Of a stretch of DNA of 64,000 nucleotides, positions 8,534-18,216 are shown in pieces. The stretch's first letter is position 1, and each line of letters opens with the position of its first letter. The position numbers and the translations under genes are program-made. This stretch comes from Gemmatimonadota bacterium (lineage in GTDB: Bacteria > Gemmatimonadota > Gemmatimonadetes > Gemmatimonadales > GWC2-71-9): positions 1-64,000 of the forward strand of contig JAZDCZ010000011.1 in the NCBI GenBank assembly GCA_036679605.1. The letters are read 5' to 3'. The notes below the pieces were generated by a model. That model did no database searches. It saw only the letters and a list, made by a program, of their open reading frames with translations, and was not told the DNA's origin.

Positions 8534-11218
8534 CTACTCGGTCCGGAGGACCGTCATCGGATCGATCCGCGTGGCACGGCGCGCGGGAATGTAGTTGGCC
8601 AGGAGTCCGACGGATGCAAGAATCGCCGGGACGCCAATAAACGTAACGGGATCGAGCGTGCTTATCCCGAATACGATGCTGGACAGCAGTTGCCTCACGA
8701 AATACGCGCCCACCAACCCGACAGCAGTGCCCATCGCGATCAGCCGCCCTCCCTGAACCAGTACCATTCTCTGGACCTGCGATGCATCTGCGCCCAATGC
8801 GAGGCGAATGCTGATCTCGCTCGTTCGCTGCGAGATCGCGTACGACATTACGCCGTAGATTCCGATGGCCGCCATGCAAAGGGCGAACAGCGCGAATGCC
8901 GCGAATAAGGTTATTAACGCTAACCCGCTGGAAGAGGCGTCGTATTGTACGCGCTCCATCGTTCTCACGTCGTCGATGGGTTGATTGGGGTCGATAGTCC
9001 AGACTGCGTTTCGGACGGGGGCGGCCAACGACGCCGGGTCGCCGGAGGTCCGGACCATGACCACCATGTTAGTGTTGGGTTTCTGAGCGAAGGGCAAATA
9101 GATCTGTGGATCAGCGCTCTCGCTGTCGCTCTGGTTCCGAACGTTTCCCACCACCCCAACGATCTCGAGCCACGCGGCTTCCGCCGCGTTCGAGATGCGA
9201 ATGCGACTGCCGAGGGGATCTTGCCCAGGCCAGTATTTCCTCGATGTCTCTAGGCTGATCAACGCCACCGGCACGGCCTCCGCCCGGTCGGACGCTACGA
9301 AGTCGCGTCCCCGCAATAGCGGTATGCGCATCAAGTCTACGAAGCCGGGCGTAGCTACGGCGGTATGGGCGGTTGGCCGGTCGGATTCTTGCGCCGCCGG
9401 TCGGCCCGCTATCTCGAATTGGCGGTGCGGGCCGGGTGACGTGGCCGGCCGCCTGCTCACTAGGGCGACGGCTTCCACCGCTGGAAGTCCGGATAGTCGC
9501 GCCGTTGCGAGCTGGAAGAACTGGCGGACCTTGGTGTCACTGTCGTACTTCGTTTCGGGTACGTCGATCTGCAGCGACAGCACACCAGCTGGGTCGAAGC
9601 CCAACTCTAGCTGTACCTGTTTGACCACAGTCCGGACCAGAAGACCGGAGACCACCATGGACATGAGCGCGAGCGACACTTGTGCTACGACCAGAAATCC
9701 GCGAATCCTTAAACTCTTGCGACGTCCACCGGCCCGCTGGCTGCCCTCCTTGAGCGTATCGCTGAGATCTACGGCCGACGCACGAATGGCCGGGAGCGTG
9801 CCGAAGAGCAGGGGCGCGGCCAGCGAAATCAATAGAGTGAACACAACGACGTGCCCATCGAGTTCCGCCAAAAGGAAAATGTCCTGCTGTCCCTTGGTGA
9901 TCCAAATCAGGGACTGCATGAGTCCCCTCGAGAACACAAGTCCGATGGCCGCCGCGACGAGCGCAATGACGGCGCTCTCGGTGAGGAGCTGACGAACGAC
10001 GCGCGTTCGGCGAGCGCCGAGTGCAGCCCGCACTGCCATCTCACGCGAACGAGACGAAGCGCGGGCCAACAGCATGTTGGCCACGTTGGCACACGCGATG
10101 AGCAGAACGAAACCCACAGTGAGCGCCAAGAGCAGCAGGATGGTCCTGGACTCGTCGTTGAGCAAGGCGTCGGGAGCGGCGAGCACACGGGTCTCCCAGC
10201 CCTCGTTGATGGCAGGGTACTCTTCGGCCAGCGCGGTGCCGATGGCGGCGATGTCCTGTTGCGCCTGCTCGATTGTAAGAGCGGGACGGAGACGGCCTGT
10301 GACACCCATACTTCTTTCGTCGCGAGCGGCGTTTTGACGGTCCAGTCCCATAGGGACCCAGATCTCTACGTCCGCGAGATTCGCGAATTCCATTTCGGGC
10401 GACACAACGCCGATGACTTCGTACTCCTCCTCGTCCAGCCGGAGGGTGGAACCGATCACGTCGCGCCGGCCGGCGAAGTGCCGGGTCCAGAAACCATGAC
10501 TCAGGATGGCAACGTGCGGGGCGCCGGGAACATCCTCGCCGGGCAGAAACCCCCTGCCGACCACCGTGGCGACGCGCCAGACATCCAGGAAGTTGGCCGT
10601 TGTGCGATAGCCGGTTACGCGCAATGGTTCGTCGCCGCCGGTAAGGATCCACCGGTCTTCCCTCCAGCCTGCGATGGCCTCGAAACTCCGGCTCTGCTCG
10701 ACGAAGTCGAGGTATTCGGGAAAAGAAAACGGTCCCGTCTCTACGCCGAGCTTGGCGTTCGTGGCACGGAAGAGGGCGACCGTCTCGGGATTCTGCATCG
10801 GAAGGTCGGCATTGATCACTACATTCACGAGACTGAAGATCGCCGAGTTGACGCCGATGGCGAGCGCGAGAGTAACGATGGAAATAGTTGCGAATGCAGG
10901 GCTCCTGCGCAGCGCGCGGATCCCGTAGCGAAGGTCCTGAAACAGAGTCTCCATCGATGCGCTCCTCGGAAGTTCATTCTTCTTGCTTGGTGGAATTCTC
11001 AGTCGGAGGTTGGGGGGAACCGAACTCATGACCTGCCGCCAGTACCAGCGCCGGGCGGCCTGGTAACCGCTCTCTCTTGTTCGGGCTGCAAACTCTTCGG
11101 CCAGGTCGCCCAGCTGCTGATCGCGGTAGCGCGGAGCAAGGGACAAAGCCAACAGTAGCTGAGCGAATCTTGGGGGACCTGTTCCTCGGCCGCGTCCCCG
11201 CCGCCCTGCCTTTCTCAC
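8534..11218 (-). CDS. ADOP-type permease, copy 3
   Basis: QDLRYGIRALRRSPAF, LLIACANVANMLLAR, EISIRLALGA. Confidence 0.92.
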   Translation of the reverse strand: MRKAGRRGRGRGTGPPRFAQLLLALSLAPRYRDQQLGDLAEEFAARTRESGYQAARRWYWRQVMSSVPPNLRLRIPPSKKNELPRSASMETLFQDLRYGIRALRRSPAFATISIVTLALAIGVNSAIFSLVNVVINADLPMQNPETVALFRATNAKLGVETGPFSFPEYLDFVEQSRSFEAIAGWREDRWILTGGDEPLRVTGYRTTANFLDVWRVATVVGRGFLPGEDVPGAPHVAILSHGFWTRHFAGRRDVIGSTLRLDEEEYEVIGVVSPEMEFANLADVEIWVPMGLDRQNAARDERSMGVTGRLRPALTIEQAQQDIAAIGTALAEEYPAINEGWETRVLAAPDALLNDESRTILLLLALTVGFVLLIACANVANMLLARASSRSREMAVRAALGARRTRVVRQLLTESAVIALVAAAIGLVFSRGLMQSLIWITKGQQDIFLLAELDGHVVVFTLLISLAAPLLFGTLPAIRASAVDLSDTLKEGSQRAGGRRKSLRIRGFLVVAQVSLALMSMVVSGLLVRTVVKQVQLELGFDPAGVLSLQIDVPETKYDSDTKVRQFFQLATARLSGLPAVEAVALVSRRPATSPGPHRQFEIAGRPAAQESDRPTAHTAVATPGFVDLMRIPLLRGRDFVASDRAEAVPVALISLETSRKYWPGQDPLGSRIRISNAAEAAWLEIVGVVGNVRNQSDSESADPQIYLPFAQKPNTNMVVMVRTSGDPASLAAPVRNAVWTIDPNQPIDDVRTMERVQYDASSSGLALITLFAAFALFALCMAAIGIYGVMSYAISQRTSEISIRLALGADASQVQRMVLVQGGRLIAMGTAVGLVGAYFVRQLLSSIVFGISTLDPVTFIGVPAILASVGLLANYIPARRATRIDPMTVLRTE

Positions 11219-11553
11219 TTTGCGAACCTCCTAGGGTCTAGCTCGAGACCTTCCCAGAGGCTTGCGTACATCGACCTCGAATTGTTGAGTGCCATGAAGC
11301 CGGGGCGTTCGAGTCGGTAAAATCGCTTGGCTCTGCCCCCGCGTTCCGGAGTCGGATCACCCAGGCGGGACGTGACGTAACCCTTTCTTTCCATTCGATC
11401 GAGCGCGGAGTAGACGGAGCCGATGCCGACGTTCCGGCCGGTGCGCTCCTCGATCTCCCGAAGGATGGCCATCCCGTAGCACCGGCTCTTCAATCGCGCC
11501 AGCGCCAAGAGCACGACCTGCTCGAACTCCCCCAGAAAGTCCCCCTTCGGCAT
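11215..11553 (-). CDS. PadR-family regulator 3 (GEFEQ subtype)
   Basis: LGEFEQVVLLAL...GSVYSALDRMERKGYV...PERGGRAKRFY. Confidence 0.93.
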   Translation of the reverse strand: MPKGDFLGEFEQVVLLALARLKSRCYGMAILREIEERTGRNVGIGSVYSALDRMERKGYVTSRLGDPTPERGGRAKRFYRLERPGFMALNNSRSMYASLWEGLELDPRRFAK

Positions 11554-11726
11554 GTGAACCTCATTTTTTCGTCAAATAGGAGAATATGGCTGCGGAACAC
11601 TACGGGAGGTGTCGGGGAAGGGTTTCAGGAAACCGCTTGAGGTTCAGTGTGGAACCAACGTTGCCCTGTGGGGGTTTGTGATTCGAACACAATCCGACCA
11701 CACACGACATTAAGCAAGGAGGATTC

Positions 11727-12227
11727 ATGCAACTCACTCGTTTTGGCCTAGGAAGTTTGCTCCCCGTGGTGCTGACATCGGTCTTGGCCTGTTCCGACAA
11801 CCCAACCGATGGCGAACCTGACATGTCCGAGGCCATTGAGGCATCGGATGTCTCGGGGAACTACCTGGCTTTCCTTGCATCGCTGGGGCCGGTCGGCACC
11901 CTCAGGTTCACCTCCGTTAACGACGGAGTCACAGTGGACTGGATTGCCCAAGGGGCGTTGCTACAGATCCGACTCTTACCCGACGGCACCACCACAGGAT
12001 CTCTGGACCTTGCTGGCGGAGCAGAGGACGGTGGTGCCTTCCATGCGGACCTAGCAGGGACGTGGGGTATTTCAGACGGCAGCGTTCAGTTCGATCAAAC
12101 AGCCGACACCTTCATCAGAGACGTGCTGTTCCGGGTCGGAGAAAACCAACTCATGGCAGACACCACGATCGGTGATACCAGGATCGAGGTCGTGCTCAGG
12201 AGGGACGGTCACCCTGTGCTCCCATGA
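11727..12227 (+). CDS. Hypothetical lipoprotein
   Basis: AGGAGG RBS, lipobox VLAC, conserved-looking FDQTADTFIRD. Confidence 0.75.
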   Translation: MQLTRFGLGSLLPVVLTSVLACSDNPTDGEPDMSEAIEASDVSGNYLAFLASLGPVGTLRFTSVNDGVTVDWIAQGALLQIRLLPDGTTTGSLDLAGGAEDGGAFHADLAGTWGISDGSVQFDQTADTFIRDVLFRVGENQLMADTTIGDTRIEVVLRRDGHPVLP

Positions 12228-12242
12228 CCGATGGCCCGCCCC

Positions 12243-12272
12243 GGTAACCTTCCTTGCCTGAGGTCAGTCTAA
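12243..12272 (+). promoter_or_regulatory. Candidate ECF-type promoter
   Basis: GTAACC-N17-GTCTA upstream of the 12292 gene in an ECF operon. Confidence 0.5.
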
Positions 12273-12291
12273 GGGTGAACAGGAGGGAAGC

Positions 12292-12927
12292 ATGCGTGTC
12301 TCGTTTAGTTTGCTGATCGTGTTCTTGGTGCTTGCGGCCGGCAGGGCCTTGGCCCAGTCCACGACCGATCCTGAATACGTTAGGCTTGCCGAAAGTGAGG
12401 AGATCGCCCTGGCGCGCAGTGCGGCGCCCGACGTGGTGTCGGAGAAGGCAACAATTTGGGTGCTGCGTGACGGTCGGTATGAGGTTGCTGTAGAGGGCAC
12501 CAATCAAAATCACTGTTTTGTCGCTCGGAGTCAGCCCAAGAGCCTCGAACCGATATGCTACGACGAAGAGGCGGCGGCTACTATACTCCCGTGGGAGTTC
12601 GAGTACCTGGCGTTACGCCTGGCCGGCAAATCAGAGGAAGAGATGGAACTGGCACTGGCCGAGGCTGTTGGGTCGGGTGAGTTGCCTATGCCGAACCGTC
12701 TGGCGATGTCGTACATGATGTCGTCGGCCCAGCGGCTGTACGATCCGGAATCCGGGAGAAGTGTCGGTAACTGGAAGCCTCATCTCATGCTGTACATTCC
12801 CTACCTCACGGAGCAAAGCATCGGGCTTTCAGAGGCGACGGGCATCTTACAGGTTGCTCGAGCAGGGACCCCGATGGCGTACCTGATCGTTGTGGTTCCG
12901 GATTTCGTCGAGCCAAAGTCGCATTGA
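12292..12927 (+). CDS. Secreted hypothetical protein, first gene of ECF operon
   Basis: Signal peptide; EIALARSAAP...GTN...C...PICY...SYMMS...PHLMLY. Confidence 0.8.
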   Translation: MRVSFSLLIVFLVLAAGRALAQSTTDPEYVRLAESEEIALARSAAPDVVSEKATIWVLRDGRYEVAVEGTNQNHCFVARSQPKSLEPICYDEEAAATILPWEFEYLALRLAGKSEEEMELALAEAVGSGELPMPNRLAMSYMMSSAQRLYDPESGRSVGNWKPHLMLYIPYLTEQSIGLSEATGILQVARAGTPMAYLIVVVPDFVEPKSH

Positions 12928-12970
12928 TGCATCGAGGTTAGCTATAGGGTAGGTCTAGGTTTCTGAACAC

Positions 12971-13582
12971 ATGAGCGCACGGCGCGATGGAGCCGATGAC
13001 GGCGGTCGCGAAACCGACAGCGAGCTGATGTTGCAGGTCAGAGGCGGAGACCTGCGCGCCCTGGGGTTGTTGTTCATACGGCACCAGGCCAAGGTGCATG
13101 CGTGGTGCTTCCGCCTCACGAACGAAAAGCATACTGCCGACGACCTGGTTCAGGACACTTTTCTCCGCATCCTACGGTATCGGCATGCCTTCTCCGGCGA
13201 TGCCGCATTTTCTACCTGGCTGTATCGCATTGCGCGCAATGTGTGTCTCGACCATCTCGCCATACTAAGACGCCGCTCCGATGTTCAGGAGCAACTCCAT
13301 GGACGAGCCGCAGCCGAAAACGACCAAGCGGCAGTGCAAGAGGATGGCCGACTGGCAATTCTCGATGCCGCGCTCATGCGATTGCCCATCGAGAAGCGTG
13401 AAGTTCTTGTTCTGAGTCGATATCACGATCTCCGTTACGAGGACATCGCCCAGGTTTGCAACTGCAGCGTTGGAGCGGTGAAGGTGCGCGTCCATCGGGC
13501 CATCCGTCACTTACGCAAATTGTACAACGAGCTGGAGTGTCAAGACCATGAAATGCGAGCTAGCGAAAGAACTGATAGTTGA
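12971..13582 (+). CDS. ECF RNA polymerase sigma factor
   Basis: ADDLVQDTFLR, FSTWLYRIARN, GAVKVRVHRA. Confidence 0.93.
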   Translation: MSARRDGADDGGRETDSELMLQVRGGDLRALGLLFIRHQAKVHAWCFRLTNEKHTADDLVQDTFLRILRYRHAFSGDAAFSTWLYRIARNVCLDHLAILRRRSDVQEQLHGRAAAENDQAAVQEDGRLAILDAALMRLPIEKREVLVLSRYHDLRYEDIAQVCNCSVGAVKVRVHRAIRHLRKLYNELECQDHEMRASERTDS

Positions 13583-14237
13583 CGATCTGACGGGTGACCT
13601 TGCGTCGGATCAAGCTGAAGAACTGAGGGTTCATCTCGACACCTGCGACCAGTGTGGCGTCGAAGCGCAGCGACTACGCGCGACATGGTCAGACTTGGGC
13701 GAGCTTGCAGTGCCGAAACCGGGACTCGATGGTGTGGCCAGTCTCACGAGACGGTTGACGGGTGCCGGAAATCGTCGACCCATGCGGTCCAACCGGACGC
13801 AGCTGGCAGTCGCCGCGTTCGTGATCCTCGCCTTGCTGGTGGGGTACCAGACGGGGCGGATCACACGCGAGCCCGTACAGCCCGTTTCCGCTGCAGGGTC
13901 GGAGTTTCTCTTGTTGCTATGGGAGCCTGCGCAGGCGCCGGGTGGGTCCGATATCCCCGACGAACCCGCACTCGTCGAAGAGTACACTGCGTGGGCCGAT
14001 GTTTTGGCCGGGCAAGGCCGGCTGGTCGGCGCCGAGAAACTCGCGGACGACCCCGGGGTGTGGCTCGCCGGCGGAGCCGCTGCTCGCACTGGCCCCGATC
14101 CCGGCGCATGGCCCAACATTGGAGGCTACTTCGTGATCACGGCGGCCGACCTAGATTCCGCGATCGAGATAGCCCGGCAGAGCCCACACCTCAAGTACGG
14201 TGGCGCGATCGAGGTGCGGCTGATCGATCAGCACTAG
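13548..14237 (+). CDS. Anti-sigma factor: zinc-binding HxxxCxxC, transmembrane helix, C-terminal YCII/YciI-like domain
   Basis: HLDTCDQC; TM AVAAFVILALLVGY; IGGYFVITAADLDSAIEIARQSPHLKYGGAIEVR. Confidence 0.8.
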   Translation: MKCELAKELIVDDLTGDLASDQAEELRVHLDTCDQCGVEAQRLRATWSDLGELAVPKPGLDGVASLTRRLTGAGNRRPMRSNRTQLAVAAFVILALLVGYQTGRITREPVQPVSAAGSEFLLLLWEPAQAPGGSDIPDEPALVEEYTAWADVLAGQGRLVGAEKLADDPGVWLAGGAAARTGPDPGAWPNIGGYFVITAADLDSAIEIARQSPHLKYGGAIEVRLIDQH

Positions 14238-14245
14238 AGACGAGC

Positions 14246-14765
14246 ATGCACATGAGTCCACACAGGTTAGTTGGTCGGTCCCGGCCGATGTTGTCCGTCG
14301 CGTTGCTCTTGATCGCCGCCTGTCAGGCGGAACACGATCCAGCGTCGCAGACTATTGTCCGCGATAGCGCTGGAAACCGAATCGTCGAGAACGTGCTTCC
14401 CACGGCGGACGGGCGAACGGTGTGGCGGCTGTCAGCCGCGCCGATCATGCAGCTTGGGGTGATCGAGGGAGATCCGGCCTTCGAGTTCCGCATCATCTCA
14501 GGAGCGGTCCGGCTCTCCGACGGAACGATCGTGGTTGCGAACACCGGATCAAGCGAGCTTCGCGCGTACGGTACTGACGGCCAGCACGTCTGGTCATCGG
14601 GACGGGATGGCGAGGGACCCGGCGAGTATCACAATATTGGATGGATCGCCGTTCTCGAGCCTGACACGCTGGTGGTATATGACCGCTCGCTTCGACGTGT
14701 CTCCTTTATCGCAGGCGACGGACAGTTTGCTCGGCAGGTTCGCCTCGAGTCGCCGGGAGGTCGGC
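14246..14765 (+). pseudogene. 6-bladed beta-propeller lipoprotein, 3'-truncated
   Basis: IAAC lipobox, VRDSAG..IVEN, GRDGEGPGEY, DTLVVYD. Similarity stops at the 3' end of the convergent permease. Confidence 0.7.
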
Positions 14766-14777
14766 TCAGGCATCCCC

Positions 14778-17507
14778 CTATTGAGCCCTCAACGCGTCAA
14801 CCGGATCGACTCTACTTGCGCGAAAGGCCGGAATCCAACATGCCAGCAACGCCACTCCACCGAGTACGAAAGTCACGCCGGCAAAGGTGAGTGTGTCGGT
14901 GGCGCCTACCTGGAAGAGCACATTTGCCAGCACTCGGGTCGAGGCAAACGCCCCAACCAGTCCAAACACCACGCCTGCGGCGACTAACGCCATTCCTTGA
15001 CCAACCACCAACCGAACGACTCCCGAGCGACTGGCTCCGAGAGCCATGCGCACTCCGATCTCATGTTTACGCTGATTGACCCAGTAGGAGAGCACACCAT
15101 AGATGCCAGCCGCCGACAAAACGAGAGCAACCGCAGCAAAGATGCCGAGGACGAGTGCGTAGAATCGTTCGCTGGCGATATTGTCTGAGATCAAGGAAGT
15201 GACCGTAACGATACTGTGGGTCGGTTGTGCCGGATCTTGCCGCAGAACCTCGCGACGTATCAACTGCGTGAAATCAGCCGGGTCTCCCGCGGTTCGAGCA
15301 ACGACCGTCATCGCCGTACGGGGAACCTGCGCCACCGCAACGTACATCTCCGGTCGCGGCTCCGAACCCAGTCCGTAGTATCGTGTGTCGCCAACCACAC
15401 CGACGATCTCGAAGTTGTGCCAGTCAGTCGACGGGGTATCGAACCGCTTTCCGACCGGGTCCTGATTGGGCCACACGTCGTTGGCCATCGTCTGGTTGAT
15501 CAATGCCACGAACGTGTCGTCAGGGCCATCGCTGTCGGCCAACCGACGTCCCGATCGAAGCGGAATCTGCATTGTCTCGAAGTACCCGGGGGACACCACT
15601 CGAAAATCAGCCGACGGCAGTTCGTTATCGGGGAGATGTTCCTGCCCTTCGATCCTGTATGGCAGATCGTAGTTGATTCCGATAGGATCCATCGGGAGGG
15701 CCGATGACGCGCCGACCTCTTCTATGCCCGGCAATGACTTCAGATTCTGGGAAAGCCCGGCAAAGTACTGACGGATCTTTTCTTCCGAGTTGTAACGCTG
15801 TCCGTCCAGAAACAAGCGGGCGGCAACCGTGTGTTGCGTGTCAAATCCGGGGTGCACATTGCGCAGCTCAAGCATGCTGCGAATGAGCAAACCGGCTCCG
15901 CAGAGCAGCACCATTGTGAGAGCGAGCTGCGCCGTTACCAGAACTGCACGGGTTTTTCCTTGCTGCTTGCCGGCGGTGACACCGCGCGTGCCGCCTTCAC
16001 TCAAGCTTTGTGAAACATCGACACGCCCGCTGTACAGTACGGGGGCAAGTCCAAACATTATGCCGGTCAGCAGGGCAGCGCCGGCGGCAAAGCCAAGCGC
16101 AGCCCAATCGAGCGTCAGCTCTTCGGCGCGCGGGATGATGTCGGGCTGCAACGATAGGATCAGATTGTGGGTGAAGTATCCGAACCCCAGTCCAAGCACG
16201 CCGCCGCCAACTGCAAGGAGTACGCTTTCAGTCAGCAGTTGGAGGGTGATGCGTCGGCGGCCGGCGCCGAGTGCAGAGCGAACAGCTATCTCACGCTCTC
16301 GAACCGCTGCGCGTGCGAGGAGCATGTTCGCGATGCTAACGCAGGCAATGAGTAGTACGAGGCCTACCGCTGCGAACGCGATGATGAGCGTTGCACGTAC
16401 GTCACCGACGACTTGTTCTCGGAGCGGAACAACGCGAGCATCCCAGCCATCGTAAATGTCGGCAAACTCGCCTTTTTCGAGAAGCGTGTGGACTCTTGAC
16501 AGATCTTGCTGGGCCTGTTGTACCGTCGCGCCGGTTTTGACACGACCGTAGACATTGATCCAACGCGTATACCGGTCCCAGCGAACGTTCGACCGGAAGC
16601 CATACGGCTGCCACAGATCGGCCTCAGCGTGCGGCGCCGCCACGTTCGGCCGCATCACGCCCACGACGGTGACCGGATTCCCATCCAGCGTAATGGTCTG
16701 TCCCACCACCGCCGGGTCGGCACCCCAGTGCGTTTGCCAGAGGCGATGACTTATGAGAACGACATTGCCGCGCTGACCCGGATCCGCATCGTCTGCTGCG
16801 AAACCGCGGCCGAACAGCGGCCGCATTCGCATGACGGAAAAGAAATTGGGATAGACGATCACACCGTTCACGGAAACCGACTCGTCGTCGCCTTGCATCA
16901 CGTAGGTATCCCAACCCCACGCCGTCAGATCTTCGAACGTTTGATTCTGTTCTCTCCAATCCTGGAACACGCCTGCGGACGCGTTCCCGCTCTCCGCCTC
17001 TTGATTTGGGTTGTATTCCCATACCGCAACGAGGTTTTCGGGCTCACCGAACTGGAGCGGCCGAAAGAGCACACCGTTCATCACGCTGAAGATGGCAGTG
17101 TTTGCACCAATGCCGAGTGCAAGTGTGATGAGTGCGATGGCGGTGAACCCCGGATTACGTGCAAACGTTCGGACGGCAAAGCCGAGATCCTGTCGTAGCT
17201 GATCGAACATCTTGTTCAGACCTTTCTGTTCGAAGGGCGCGTCTGGTGCAACGCGGCGTGAGAAACCCGGTACGGTGTCCCGTGCGGCGCGCCGACTCTG
17301 GACACGCTCGAGAATCGCATGAGCTAAGACATCTTTGAGTGTACGCGCCCACAGCCGCGCGAATGGTGTCTCACGCCTCTTGTCGCGGAAGAGTTGCAGC
17401 ATGTCGCCGCCGAACTCGCGACGAAACGATCGTGGGAAAGCCAACAGCAGCGTGCGGTAGACCAGATCCGACGCGTGGCCGCCGGTACGGGCTGGCCGTG
17501 CGCTCAT
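14778..17507 (-). CDS. ADOP-type permease, copy 4
   Basis: QDLGFAVRTFARNPGF, REREIAVRSALGA, EIGVRMALGA. Confidence 0.92.
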   Translation of the reverse strand: MSARPARTGGHASDLVYRTLLLAFPRSFRREFGGDMLQLFRDKRRETPFARLWARTLKDVLAHAILERVQSRRAARDTVPGFSRRVAPDAPFEQKGLNKMFDQLRQDLGFAVRTFARNPGFTAIALITLALGIGANTAIFSVMNGVLFRPLQFGEPENLVAVWEYNPNQEAESGNASAGVFQDWREQNQTFEDLTAWGWDTYVMQGDDESVSVNGVIVYPNFFSVMRMRPLFGRGFAADDADPGQRGNVVLISHRLWQTHWGADPAVVGQTITLDGNPVTVVGVMRPNVAAPHAEADLWQPYGFRSNVRWDRYTRWINVYGRVKTGATVQQAQQDLSRVHTLLEKGEFADIYDGWDARVVPLREQVVGDVRATLIIAFAAVGLVLLIACVSIANMLLARAAVREREIAVRSALGAGRRRITLQLLTESVLLAVGGGVLGLGFGYFTHNLILSLQPDIIPRAEELTLDWAALGFAAGAALLTGIMFGLAPVLYSGRVDVSQSLSEGGTRGVTAGKQQGKTRAVLVTAQLALTMVLLCGAGLLIRSMLELRNVHPGFDTQHTVAARLFLDGQRYNSEEKIRQYFAGLSQNLKSLPGIEEVGASSALPMDPIGINYDLPYRIEGQEHLPDNELPSADFRVVSPGYFETMQIPLRSGRRLADSDGPDDTFVALINQTMANDVWPNQDPVGKRFDTPSTDWHNFEIVGVVGDTRYYGLGSEPRPEMYVAVAQVPRTAMTVVARTAGDPADFTQLIRREVLRQDPAQPTHSIVTVTSLISDNIASERFYALVLGIFAAVALVLSAAGIYGVLSYWVNQRKHEIGVRMALGASRSGVVRLVVGQGMALVAAGVVFGLVGAFASTRVLANVLFQVGATDTLTFAGVTFVLGGVALLACWIPAFRASRVDPVDALRAQ

Positions 17508-17878
17508 CGGGAGGTGTGGGGCTCGGCGAGCAGATTACGGGAACGCGCCACCGCCAGCGTCCGCTCGAGCCGCGCGGCCTCGGAGCGCGCAGCCTCCATA
17601 CCAACTTCTGTGATGCAGAAATACCGGCGGCGCTCATCATCTCGCGCCAGTTCAGATCGCGTGTCCGACTCCTCGATCTGCCCCTGCGCCAGCATGGTCC
17701 GAAGGGTCCGGTACAGATTGGCGGGTTCGATGCGCAGCTCACCGGTGGTACGCGCTTCGACTTCCTTTACTATGGAATAGCCGTGGCGCTCACCGTCTAT
17801 CAAGACCATCAGAATATGGAAAACGATGGGCTTCAAGGGACCCACGGATCCGTGCTGCTCAGAGTGGGAATCAGCCAT
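17504..17878 (-). CDS. PadR-family regulator 4 (PLxP subtype)
   Basis: PLKPIVFHILMVL..GERHGYSIVKEV...DERRRYFCIT. Confidence 0.92.
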   Translation of the reverse strand: MADSHSEQHGSVGPLKPIVFHILMVLIDGERHGYSIVKEVEARTTGELRIEPANLYRTLRTMLAQGQIEESDTRSELARDDERRRYFCITEVGMEAARSEAARLERTLAVARSRNLLAEPHTSR

Positions 17879-17898
17879 TTCACCTGGACTCGGAATGA

Positions 17899-17926
17899 TG
17901 TCATAATGACAATAGTCAATCTGACA
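17899..17926. promoter_or_regulatory. Candidate operator of PadR4 (two tandem sites)
   Basis: TGTCATAATGACA (17899-17911) and GTCAATCTGAC (17915-17925), both GTCA-N3-TGAC, 15 bp apart. Confidence 0.65.
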
Positions 17927-18216
17927 GCATTGGGCAAGCCGAGCTGACAGACGCAAGAGCGTCCCGGCCACGTCCTGCTTACGCAGCGGGGCTGGCTAAG
18001 GCGAATAGGTGGAGGAAGGTCCGAGTCAGGCAAGAGGCAGCTTCCGGGTCGCCTTGAGGGGGGAGACTACCTCCTGTGGGTATGCGTACTACCTGGTTGG
18101 TCGAGTAAGGCGATCGAAAAGGGACCAAACGTTACGCCGAAGCGTCCGCCCATGAACCACGAAATCCTCTTGCATTCGGTGGACTGTGGAATCGGCGTCA
18201 GAAGAAGGGTAGGGAC

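Noticed and set aside
9851..11158. Long antisense ORFs (also 32104-33270, 34913-35899, 63142-63891)
   Set aside because: Shadow frames of GC-rich genes with no motifs or RBS.
11554..11590. PadR3 operator as a listed feature
   Set aside because: Only a weak, imperfect AT-rich dyad is visible.
13652..14890. Single 412-aa CDS
   Set aside because: The first half overlaps the anti-sigma gene out of frame. Only 14246-~14765 resembles a protein family; the tail is antisense to permease 4.
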